DNA from: Candidatus Dojkabacteria bacterium | GTDB taxonomy: Bacteria > Patescibacteriota > Dojkabacteria > GCA-002793355 | Assembly (NCBI GenBank): GCA_030583825.1 | Contig: CP129477.1 | Location: 758,294 to 822,293 of the forward strand | Direction: 5' to 3' | Length of the DNA: 64,000 nt | Shown: one piece after another, positions 55,518 to 64,000 of the stretch | Layout of the letters: each line of letters starts with the position of its first letter | Position numbering within the stretch: the first letter of the stretch is position 1 | Program-made: the position numbers and the translations under genes | The notes under the pieces: model-generated | What the model saw: only the letters and a program-made list of their open reading frames with translations | Told to the model about the DNA's origin: nothing | Databases searched by the model: none

Positions 55518-58500
55518 ATATTTAAAAATCTTTATCACGGCACTCTTCGTATGTTTTTCTCTATTTATTAGTATTCCTTCGGTAGAAGCTCAATATACAA
55601 ACTTATGTGGATCAGGTATTGGAGGAAGTTTTTATGGTTGTTCAGCCAACTGTAGTACATCCGGCCAGTCTTGCTCGGGCCCATATGTAGGAAGGTATGT
55701 CTGTAATGGACGTCATAATGAATGTGGTGGCGGTGGAGCGACTCCTTTTAGCCAGCAGGAAATTACTAACGGTACTCTTTATATGAATGCGGCATGTGGA
55801 CAAACAGTGCAGTTGGATGTATGGAGCGATAGATTTTATGGAAACTTAACAGGGTATATGGTCTATTATGGTGGTGATTGTACAGTAACAACTCCTCCAC
55901 CGACTCAGTCTCCTCCTCCGCCTATTTGTACATCCTGTTCCTCATATAATAACTGTCAATCGGGCACGCCTCCTTCAAAGTTTAGGCAGACACCTCAAAA
56001 TTACAGCGGTAGCTGGAGAACTTGTTATAACGGTCAGACATGTGGTTCTTCTAGTCCGTGTAATTGTCCTTCTACCGGTGGTAACTGTTATTGGACTCAT
56101 TACTATAACTCTGCGCCATCCTGCTCTATTTCTCTCGATAGAACAAGCGTAACTCGTGAAGATGCACCAATAAATATGAGATTGACTGTCTCTGACGCGG
56201 ACTATGGTGACACAGTTGAAATTACTGGATTTGAAGTTTCAAACTACTGTGCCCAAATCAGAACACAAGGTGGTACTTCTCTCTCAAACGGTATTGTCGT
56301 TAAGTTAGGATCTGATAGTCCTGGCTACACAACTCAGGTGAATAATTTTGTTCTTAACCAACAACTCGCGCACGGAGTGTTCAACTATATAGGAGGAACT
56401 TCCCTATGTCAGGCAACAGTAACAATACAAATTACAGATAGAGTCGGTGATTCAGGAGATTCTCAAGCTACACGAACATGTAGTGCTTCTTTTAGCGTGA
56501 CAAACCATGCTCCTTACCTTGTGAGCGCAGAAATGATAGATAGAGACCCTGTTACTTCACTACGACGACAAACAAACCTTGTTGATGGTATTAATGGTTC
56601 TCCTCCAACTGTTTGGGTCTCATCTCAAAGTTTTGATCAAAGACCTGCACAGTGTAATGCTTCAGTAGATCTTAATGGGAACCCTATTACAGATTGTAAC
56701 CCTAAAACGCCAATCAGAACGAAATCAAATCCATTCGAATTAGGCTTTACGGTCAATGATAATAACGGAAGCAAAGATATCAATTATGCAGGGGTATGGA
56801 TCCAACGAGTAGATATTCCTAACGGTGCAGTCGCTCCAGTTTATCCGCCAGTTGCGTCCTCAGTTCGACGAAGCTTAGCATTCTTTTATTCTGATTATAA
56901 CGATAGGTTTATCGGTTCTGGAAATCATTGGATTACTCGTGCAGACTTTAATACCAATTTAGTAACAGGAACTAATCGTCTTGCGGGTATGCGACTTGGT
57001 GGCGGTGGAATTGGAAACTCTTCGTCGCCTTATCGTTCAAGCTTATATAGAGAATGGCAAACGGTAGGATTTCCTGACTGTTATGATTCATCCGCGTCTT
57101 GTAATAGTTCGAATATTCCAACTAACAGCCGAAACTTTTTTAATGGAACACTTGCGGATTACCATAACTACTTGTGGGATGTTGTTGCAACAAGCAATAA
57201 CTACATATGTTATGACAACTCAATGTATCCACGTATTTCATCTAGCTGTGATAATTCATGCGCTGCATGTGTACGAAGATCACAAACGAATTCTGTTCTT
57301 CAAATGGGCCCAAATGCGATTCGATTTGGGTTTGAATTGCAAATAAATGAGCAAATGGCTGAGGGACGGTACGCTATTTTGCTTATGGCAGATGATAAAG
57401 TCGGTGCGACACTAAACAATGGCCCGCAATGGGGATCCTTTACTCGTAGAGGAGTCTACTGCTCAAATTGTGGTGCTGATCAGTTTATTATGGGTATAGA
57501 TAAAACGCCTCCAACCTACACTACCCGCTTCCGCGAAGGTATCGGAGATGAAATTTATGCAGACGTTGCGAATATTGCAGACAATCTTTCGGGTTATGCC
57601 GGATTGTATAGAATCATTTATTACAAGCAGGATCCAACCGGTCAACGGGCATTCTTGACAAATGCAGCAGGAAATTGTCAGTACAATGGACAGCAAAACT
57701 GTTACACAGGTGCAACTCCACAAAGTGGCTTTACATTTGTCGGTTACGGTGTGCGAGGTGCGGATATTGTGCACTCTTATGTATGTCTCTACGACGTCGC
57801 AGGAAACGGTGGATGTCGCCTTGATGACATGAATCCAGCGTTTGTTGCTCAGGATAACTGGATGAAAACGTCAATGGGCTCAATATATAGCAATACAAGT
57901 GCGCTAAGTACTTCAGCATTTCAGATTCAAGTTCCGGCAAACCCTCCAAACGTAGATATTGCTCAAACACTAGCAGCAGACTTACTGTATGCACCATTTA
58001 CTGACCAGAGAAATACTGTTGTTTCTGGGGCATATGTATCTGCAGCAAGCGCTCCTGGTGTGTCTGGAGGAAATAGCAATAGGCAGGGAGGAACTGGCGG
58101 AGATTATCGTCAGCTCTCGGCTACAAACAGACTTAATGTTACTGGAATTATTGACAACTCAGGAACACGATACGGTACTGGTGGTTGGTATGCTCGAATG
58201 CTGTCGTTAGCTAACTATAATTGTCCAATTTTGAAAGCACGAGGAACAGTCACACCTGCAGGGCTTAATAGTCAGTGTCAGGAATTTACCAGCGGTAACT
58301 TAGTGGCTTTGGATCAGATGGAAAACCCATCGGTGCAAAATAAAATGATTACACTTAACCTTCCAACAGGAAGCAGAACTCGTACAACGCGCGATTATAC
58401 ATGTTCGAGAAATAACATCATTTTTGTTGCATCAGGTCACTTGGAATGGACTCGTCAGTTGCGTAAAACCACTTCAACAGGGATATCAAGCACATGTGTC

Positions 58501-58857
58501 TTTGTTGTCGCGAATGGCGCGACTTTGACAATTGGTGATGAGCCGAATAATGAGCATGCGACAAATGTTGATAGATTCCAGGCAGGTATTATTGCTGACG
58601 GTAATATTGTTGTCGAGCTTGGAGCCAGAGGTTCTAACGGTCAATTTGATATGCTCCAGCTTCATGGGTTTGTGTTTGCTGCAAGAAGTACTCCACGGTT
58701 TGAGCGTGACTTGATCTTCTCGATTAACAAACAGCTTCCGTCAGAATACCTGGTGTATGACCCGTTGGTTATTGACTCGATGCGACCACTGCTTGGAACA
58801 ACACAATACAGTGAATTCAGATGTGGAACATCTTCACATCCAGTTTGTGCTGATTAG
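55504..58857 (+). CDS. giant secreted Cys-rich protein (1117 aa), module A
   Basis: Signal peptide (cleavage likely after SVEA). Cys-rich N-terminal region, PPPTQSPPPP linker, and blocks SPSCSISLDRTSVTREDAPINM, GDTVEITG and GIGDEIYADVANIADNLSGYAGLYRIIYYKQDP. About 60% identical to 60428..63805. Start overlaps the previous gene by 14 nt. Confidence 0.6.
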   Translation: MHRSKYLKIFITALFVCFSLFISIPSVEAQYTNLCGSGIGGSFYGCSANCSTSGQSCSGPYVGRYVCNGRHNECGGGGATPFSQQEITNGTLYMNAACGQTVQLDVWSDRFYGNLTGYMVYYGGDCTVTTPPPTQSPPPPICTSCSSYNNCQSGTPPSKFRQTPQNYSGSWRTCYNGQTCGSSSPCNCPSTGGNCYWTHYYNSAPSCSISLDRTSVTREDAPINMRLTVSDADYGDTVEITGFEVSNYCAQIRTQGGTSLSNGIVVKLGSDSPGYTTQVNNFVLNQQLAHGVFNYIGGTSLCQATVTIQITDRVGDSGDSQATRTCSASFSVTNHAPYLVSAEMIDRDPVTSLRRQTNLVDGINGSPPTVWVSSQSFDQRPAQCNASVDLNGNPITDCNPKTPIRTKSNPFELGFTVNDNNGSKDINYAGVWIQRVDIPNGAVAPVYPPVASSVRRSLAFFYSDYNDRFIGSGNHWITRADFNTNLVTGTNRLAGMRLGGGGIGNSSSPYRSSLYREWQTVGFPDCYDSSASCNSSNIPTNSRNFFNGTLADYHNYLWDVVATSNNYICYDNSMYPRISSSCDNSCAACVRRSQTNSVLQMGPNAIRFGFELQINEQMAEGRYAILLMADDKVGATLNNGPQWGSFTRRGVYCSNCGADQFIMGIDKTPPTYTTRFREGIGDEIYADVANIADNLSGYAGLYRIIYYKQDPTGQRAFLTNAAGNCQYNGQQNCYTGATPQSGFTFVGYGVRGADIVHSYVCLYDVAGNGGCRLDDMNPAFVAQDNWMKTSMGSIYSNTSALSTSAFQIQVPANPPNVDIAQTLAADLLYAPFTDQRNTVVSGAYVSAASAPGVSGGNSNRQGGTGGDYRQLSATNRLNVTGIIDNSGTRYGTGGWYARMLSLANYNCPILKARGTVTPAGLNSQCQEFTSGNLVALDQMENPSVQNKMITLNLPTGSRTRTTRDYTCSRNNIIFVASGHLEWTRQLRKTTSTGISSTCVFVVANGATLTIGDEPNNEHATNVDRFQAGIIADGNIVVELGARGSNGQFDMLQLHGFVFAARSTPRFERDLIFSINKQLPSEYLVYDPLVIDSMRPLLGTTQYSEFRCGTSSHPVCAD

Positions 58858-58925
58858 CGCTAATCCCTAGTTTCTTTTGACAGTGAAAGGTTGACGTAGG
58901 CGTTTTTTTTAGGCATTATTATGGT

Positions 58926-60425
58926 ATGAAGTCAGTGTTTCGAAACGCGCGTTTCTGGAAAATTATCATCGGAATTGTTTTATTACTTGTAATGTCTGGT
59001 GCTGCTGTCGTTTTCATTTCAAACCTTGTGTGGGAAGATGATTCTTCATGGAAAAATCCTCAATTTAACTATTTTGACCCAGGTACCGAAGCCGGCGAAC
59101 TAAAGCTCGTTATTAATGATCACAACGACAAGTCGCAGACTATCAAAGTTGAAAATTGTACTCTCTTTTCTGTAACGACTGAAAATGATGTTACAAAGTA
59201 CGTTTGTACGACAGCTCCTCTTGCAGAAGTCGTTAGAAATCCTGGACTCGCAGAAGATCCTCATACCCATATTGTTGTATTTGACTACATAAAAGATAAG
59301 ACACCTCTTCCTGAAGCGTATGTTGGGATGGATTCTCTTTCAGAGTTTTCGTTTATCGGTACAATTTCAGATCCGGTTCAGGTCAATTTTACAGTGAGCT
59401 ATATTCAGAATAAGCCGGAGAAATCTTTGCTTCCCTCGATTATTCATGCGTGGAATTGGATCGTAAGTAAGCAGCATGGATTGTATACGACAACAATTCG
59501 TTCCTGGAAAGTAGATACAACAAAAACAATTTCGCAGCTAACGTTTTACCCAACTCCGGAAAATATTGAAGCGGAAGTACTTTCTCCTTGGGCATATTCA
59601 GATGATGAGATTACTCCAACTCCTGCTCTTCCCGCTGTCTCTGAATTGGAGAATACATTTGCATCTATTGTAAGGTCTGTAAAAGAACGAAATTTTTCTC
59701 TCTACGAGCAAAATGCAGTACAGAATCGAGTATGGCAAACAGCAAACAATGGCGAGCTTGCTGGATTTACTAAAGAAGGTACTCGTGTACTTATTCATCG
59801 TGGTTTAACAGGTGAACAAAATTGGAAGCAAACTCCCGCAGGAACTTGTGGTGTTTTTGCAACTATGTCACATCCTCAAGTAGAAGGTGTTCAATTTGTA
59901 ACGTTTGAGGGCCCACGCTACTCATCTGTTAATATTTCTGCTCCGGATTCAAGTGGACGCTGGATTATGGTGTTTCCAGATGGTCGAGCTCAATATGTAC
60001 AAGATACCGGATGGCGCTACCAGTTACTACAGACATTTTATGCAAAACAAGGTGAACATCTTATTGCCAAAGCAGATATTTCATTTGCATACGATAATGG
60101 GAAATGGCGTTACTATGGTGGATTGTGGGAATATAACTACGATTACCAGGGTGAGCATGGTGCAAAAGAGCCAGCAAATGTAACATTTGATGGAAACGAA
60201 AAGAATGAATACCCTTCGACAATCGAGATTTCTGAAGGACAGGTTGTCGCATGGAAAAATCTTTATGGTATGGTAACAGCTATAGATCCAATCAGAAATG
60301 ATTACTGGGGAGGCATGACTCTCTTAGGTGGAACTTTCAAGCAAAAATTTGATGTTCCAGGAGAATATACATATAGAATTTGCTCAACAGTAAATGAGCG
60401 ATTGGGTAAAGTTATTGTAAAATAA
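58926..60425 (+). CDS. N-terminally TM-anchored extracytoplasmic protein (499 aa), module B partner (distant paralog of 53883..55517)
   Basis: TM IIIGIVLLLVMSGAAVVFI. WEDDSSWKNP, SQTIKVENCTLFSVT...YVC and DK(N/S)L.PSIIH blocks shared with module A. Confidence 0.55.
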   Translation: MKSVFRNARFWKIIIGIVLLLVMSGAAVVFISNLVWEDDSSWKNPQFNYFDPGTEAGELKLVINDHNDKSQTIKVENCTLFSVTTENDVTKYVCTTAPLAEVVRNPGLAEDPHTHIVVFDYIKDKTPLPEAYVGMDSLSEFSFIGTISDPVQVNFTVSYIQNKPEKSLLPSIIHAWNWIVSKQHGLYTTTIRSWKVDTTKTISQLTFYPTPENIEAEVLSPWAYSDDEITPTPALPAVSELENTFASIVRSVKERNFSLYEQNAVQNRVWQTANNGELAGFTKEGTRVLIHRGLTGEQNWKQTPAGTCGVFATMSHPQVEGVQFVTFEGPRYSSVNISAPDSSGRWIMVFPDGRAQYVQDTGWRYQLLQTFYAKQGEHLIAKADISFAYDNGKWRYYGGLWEYNYDYQGEHGAKEPANVTFDGNEKNEYPSTIEISEGQVVAWKNLYGMVTAIDPIRNDYWGGMTLLGGTFKQKFDVPGEYTYRICSTVNERLGKVIVK

Positions 60426-60427
60426 GT

Positions 60428-63400
60428 ATGATTGTAATTAGGTTGCCAAAAATATTTGTATTAATTATTGCAGCGATAATAGGAAGTATTAGCCTACTCT
60501 CTTTTGTCCCTACTGTAGATGCAAATGTCATGCTTACTCAATGTGCAGCATGTAATAACATTGGCAATACTTGTGTCGAAATTTCGGGTTACCAGTGTGC
60601 TTCTCAGGCTGTTATTCAAGCAACCTGCGGAGGAGTAGCTCCAGGATACGAAGACTATTGGTGTTTTAGAAAAAATGGTGAAGATTATTATTGTGCCGCA
60701 CTTGTAAATATCTCAGATAAAGCATGTGGAAACCGATGTATTCGTGTAACTCGTAAATCAGGCGGCGGCGGTGGTGGCGGAGGGCCAACATCACCTCCAC
60801 CAGTGACTACTCCATGGCCAAGTACTCCTCCACCAACATATTGGCCAACACCAACACCTCCCCCACCTCCTCCATACTGTACTCCGGAACAAGGATATAA
60901 TACCTGTCAGCCATCGGAGGCTCCAACAAAATTTAGAACAAGACCAGTATCGTATAGCTGTGAAATTAAAACCGCTTATCCAGGTGGATGGCAGTGTTCA
61001 AGTCAATCGCCATGTTCATGTGGTAGTAGTATCTCGTACTCTTCGTATGTAAGGTACTATAACAACAGTCCGTCCTGCTCTATTTCTTTAGACAGAACAA
61101 GCGTAACACGTGAAGATGCGCCAATAAATATGAACTTAACAGTTACTGATGCGGATTATGGAGACACAGTCGAAATTACTGGATACCGAGTTGAAAACCA
61201 CTGTGCATTAATTCGCACAACAGGTGGAGCATCTCTCTCTAACGGTATTGTTGTAAAACTAGGTTCAGATAGCCCTGGTTACACAATGCAAAATAACCAA
61301 TTTGTTATTAACCAGCAAATTGCGCATGGAGTGTATACTGGCAACCCATCACTGTGTCAGGCGCGTGTCGTTATTGAAATTCGTGACAGAATTGGTGAGG
61401 CCGGCGATACACAAGATGTCGCGCAGTGTTCTGCAACATTTACTGTTCGAAACGAAGCTCCTCAATTAACAGGCGTGGAGTTATACGATCGTGATCCTGT
61501 CAACTCATTACGAAGGCCAGGAAACTTAGTGAATGGTTCAGCAGCAGTATGGGTTTCTTCGCAGGACTTTAATGCTCGACCAGCACAATGTAATTCGCCG
61601 GTAGATGTTGACGGTAATCCTCCAACAGATTGTGATCCTGAAACACCAATTGTGACAAAAACAAATCCATTCGAATTTTTCTTTACTGTTCGTGATGGAA
61701 ACGGTGCACGAGACATTAACTATGGCGGTATTTGGTTACAGCGAAGTGACATTCCGAATGGAGCAAATGCCCCTGTTTACCCAGTTGTTTCTGGAGGATC
61801 AAGAACAAGTATTACTGCAATGTATTCCGACTATTCAGATAGATTTATTTCAAACGGATTCCATTGGATAACACGTGCAGACTTAAATGCAAACCTTGCG
61901 ACAGGAACAAACCGTTTCTCTGGTATGAGAATTGGCGGAAGCGGAACAGGAAATTCATCGAGTCCATTTAGGTCAAGCCTATATCGTGAATGGCAAATTG
62001 CAGGATTTCCAGACTGTCTTGAAACATCATATGGATGTCAAACATCGAATATTCCTCCATCAAGCCAAGGCGGGTTTGGAGGAAATGCAGGGAATTATCA
62101 CGACTATTTATGGGATGTTGTTTCAAATACAAACAACTACATTTGTTACGATAACTCTTTGTCGCCACGTGTTACTTCGACTTGTGATAACTCGTGTGCT
62201 GCATGTATTCGTCGTTCGCAGACAAATGCAATTCAGCAGGTGGACAATAATACAGTAAAGTTCGGCTTTGAAATCCAGGCAAACGAGACTCTTGGCGAAG
62301 GACGCTACTCTATTTTGCTTATGGCAGATGATAAGGTCGGTGTTGGACTAAATGCCGGCCCGCAATGGGGAGCATTTACACGAAATGGCGCCTATTGTAC
62401 AAACTGTGGATCGAATCAATTTGTGCTTGGAATAGACAAATCATTCCCAACATATACTACTCGCTTCCGCGAAGGTATTGGTGATGAAATTTACGCAGAT
62501 GTAGCAAATATTACAGATAATCTTTCCGGTTACGCAGGACTTTACAGAATTATTTACTACAAGCAGGATCCAGAAGGCATTCGAACATTCCTTACAAACG
62601 CTGGACTTAATTGTCAGTATAATGGTCAACAAAATTGTTACACTGGCCCAACTCCGCAGAGCGGTTTTACTTTTCTAGGGTATGGCGTGCGTGGTAAAGA
62701 TATTGTCCATGCATACGTCTGTTTGTATGATGTCGCCGGAAACGGTGGCTGCCGACGCGACGATATGAACCCCGAATTTGTTGCGCAAGCAAACTGGATG
62801 AAAACATCAATGGGAAGTATTTACTCGAACGTAAGCGCCAGCTCGGCAAGCGCGTTTAGTGTTCAGATGCCATCTAACCCACCGAATACTGACCAGTCAC
62901 TTGCAGATGATATTCTCTATGCTCCATACTTTAACTCGAATTTGCACGATTACTCATTTACAAACAGCGCGTATATCTCAGCAGCGATTGCACCGGGAAT
63001 TTCAGGTGGTCAGCAAAATCAACAAGGTGGCGTTCAAGGTTTTTACCGCCGACTTGATGCAGCGCACCTCTTTAACAGGACAGGAATTATTGATAATTCG
63101 GGCACACGTATTGGTTCTGGAGGTTGGTATGCTCGAATTCTTTCGATTGCAAACTATAACTGTCCGGGACTTCGTAATTTGGGAACGACATCGGAGCTTG
63201 GAGTAAATAACCGATGCCATACCTTTACAGAAAATAGTGCATCAATGCTTCAAGGGCGACTTGCAGATGCATCGTCGCAGAACAAAATCATTATTTTGAA
63301 TTTGCCGAATGGTATTCAGAATGTGAACACAGATCTAACATGCCGAAATACGAACATTATATTTATTGCCAGTGGAACGTTAGCAATAAATGGTCAGTTG

Positions 63401-63805
63401 AGAAAATCACGAGCAGGTCTTGCTTCTGATGCTTGTGTCTTTGTCGTAAACGAAGGTGCAACATTACAAATTGGAGATTTGCCAGAAAGCCAGTCGCTTG
63501 CGGGTACAACAGAAATTGACCGATTCGAAGCAGGTATTATTGCAGACGGAAACTTTATTACTGAGCTTGGAACAAGAGGATCAAATGGCAAGTTTGATCA
63601 ATTGCAGATTCATGGGTTTGTATACGCAGCAAAAACAACACCGCTATTCCTTCGCGACTTGGTCTTCTCTGAAAACCGACAATTACCGTCAGAGTGGATT
63701 ATCTACGATGCACAAATGAATGATGCCTTGCGAAGTCTCCTCGGAGTTTCACGTTACAGCGACCTCCGCTGTGGCGCATCATCTCACCCTGTGTGTGAGC
63801 AATAA
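60428..63805 (+). CDS. giant secreted Cys-rich protein (1125 aa), module B (paralog of 55504..58857)
   Basis: Signal peptide. Cys-rich N-domain, a Gly8 run, a Pro/Thr linker (PTSPPPVTTPWPSTPPPTYWPTPTPPPPPPY), then domains collinear with module A. Starts 2 nt after the previous stop. Confidence 0.6.
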   Translation: MIVIRLPKIFVLIIAAIIGSISLLSFVPTVDANVMLTQCAACNNIGNTCVEISGYQCASQAVIQATCGGVAPGYEDYWCFRKNGEDYYCAALVNISDKACGNRCIRVTRKSGGGGGGGGPTSPPPVTTPWPSTPPPTYWPTPTPPPPPPYCTPEQGYNTCQPSEAPTKFRTRPVSYSCEIKTAYPGGWQCSSQSPCSCGSSISYSSYVRYYNNSPSCSISLDRTSVTREDAPINMNLTVTDADYGDTVEITGYRVENHCALIRTTGGASLSNGIVVKLGSDSPGYTMQNNQFVINQQIAHGVYTGNPSLCQARVVIEIRDRIGEAGDTQDVAQCSATFTVRNEAPQLTGVELYDRDPVNSLRRPGNLVNGSAAVWVSSQDFNARPAQCNSPVDVDGNPPTDCDPETPIVTKTNPFEFFFTVRDGNGARDINYGGIWLQRSDIPNGANAPVYPVVSGGSRTSITAMYSDYSDRFISNGFHWITRADLNANLATGTNRFSGMRIGGSGTGNSSSPFRSSLYREWQIAGFPDCLETSYGCQTSNIPPSSQGGFGGNAGNYHDYLWDVVSNTNNYICYDNSLSPRVTSTCDNSCAACIRRSQTNAIQQVDNNTVKFGFEIQANETLGEGRYSILLMADDKVGVGLNAGPQWGAFTRNGAYCTNCGSNQFVLGIDKSFPTYTTRFREGIGDEIYADVANITDNLSGYAGLYRIIYYKQDPEGIRTFLTNAGLNCQYNGQQNCYTGPTPQSGFTFLGYGVRGKDIVHAYVCLYDVAGNGGCRRDDMNPEFVAQANWMKTSMGSIYSNVSASSASAFSVQMPSNPPNTDQSLADDILYAPYFNSNLHDYSFTNSAYISAAIAPGISGGQQNQQGGVQGFYRRLDAAHLFNRTGIIDNSGTRIGSGGWYARILSIANYNCPGLRNLGTTSELGVNNRCHTFTENSASMLQGRLADASSQNKIIILNLPNGIQNVNTDLTCRNTNIIFIASGTLAINGQLRKSRAGLASDACVFVVNEGATLQIGDLPESQSLAGTTEIDRFEAGIIADGNFITELGTRGSNGKFDQLQIHGFVYAAKTTPLFLRDLVFSENRQLPSEWIIYDAQMNDALRSLLGVSRYSDLRCGASSHPVCEQ

Positions 63806-64000
63806 ACATTGGTAGGAAAATAATGATTATTGCGGAACCGTAGCGAAAAATATGAACGATTTCATATTTTTTGCAAGGAGTCCTCTATTACACATGAGCA
63901 ACAAAATCACATTTTGTGCGAATAAACGCTTCTCGCTTGTTCATAAAAAGAGTACTCGACTTTTAACGCTTACATTCTTCAAAGGGTTTCCTTGCAACAC

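Noticed and set aside
53093-63805. Sortase substrates with a C-terminal LPXTG plus hydrophobic tail among the neighbouring large proteins
   Set aside because: None of the four module proteins, nor the other large exported proteins in the window, ends in an LPXTG-like motif followed by a TM plus basic tail. LPTGS at one internal position is not a sorting signal.
1-64000. CRISPR arrays, rRNA genes, tRNA genes, IS transposases
   Set aside because: No short direct repeats with regular unique spacers. No 16S/23S/5S-like conserved stretches. No convincing cloverleaf. No transposase-like ORF (DDE/HUH motifs not seen).

Overview
AT-rich (~35-40% GC) bacterial chromosome segment in the standard genetic code (gyrA, lysS and other long ORFs are uninterrupted). 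By inference it comes from a reduced-genome, possibly Patescibacteria/CPR-like organism: conserved proteins carry large insertions and extensions, Pro/Thr linkers are common, a sortase is present, and many genes look leaderless (a TATAAT-like -10 box 5-7 nt before the ATG with no Shine-Dalgarno).

Housekeeping genes recognised by motif:
- ruvA and ruvB.
- A XerC/D-like tyrosine recombinase.
- gyrA, with an acidic N-terminal extension and an internal insertion.
- An FKBP-type PPIase.
- An efp-epmA operon with an extra unknown gene.
- A NYN/LabA-like nuclease.
- lysS, fused to tRNA-binding and B3/4-like domains.
- Two glycan/cell-envelope loci (GT4, GT2 polyprenyl-phosphate glycosyltransferases, an FAD oxidoreductase, an FkbM methyltransferase and several very large polytopic GT-C-like membrane proteins).

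Accessory content that stands out:
1. 36.9-40.0 kb: a GC-rich (~50-55%) island of three unrelated small secreted or membrane proteins. Each sits in a cassette-like unit with a near-identical ~180-nt promoter/5'-leader repeat, a conserved 3' double-hairpin trailer and two tandem consensus sigma70 promoters. A secreted S1 protease follows the island.
2. 53.1-63.8 kb: a sortase followed by a tandemly duplicated two-gene module, each a TM-anchored ~500-aa protein plus a ~1120-aa signal-peptide-bearing Cys-rich protein.
3. 24.9-33.3 kb: a cluster of a Pro/Gln-rich disordered protein, a two-TM HtrA-like protease with Pro-rich tails on both ends, and a ClpP/S49-like protease with a 340-aa Pro-rich N-terminus. 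The pentapeptide LPPLP recurs six times across two of them.
4. 33.3-34.0 kb: a Doc/Fic toxin with an overlapping small upstream putative antitoxin ORF.
5. 3.5-8.2 kb: a 1325-aa protein with an RGG-rich tail and a 217-aa partner, next to the recombinase.
6. 12.7-13.9 kb: three independent small genes, each with its own promoter and terminator.

No rRNA, tRNA or CRISPR array could be supported from the sequence.
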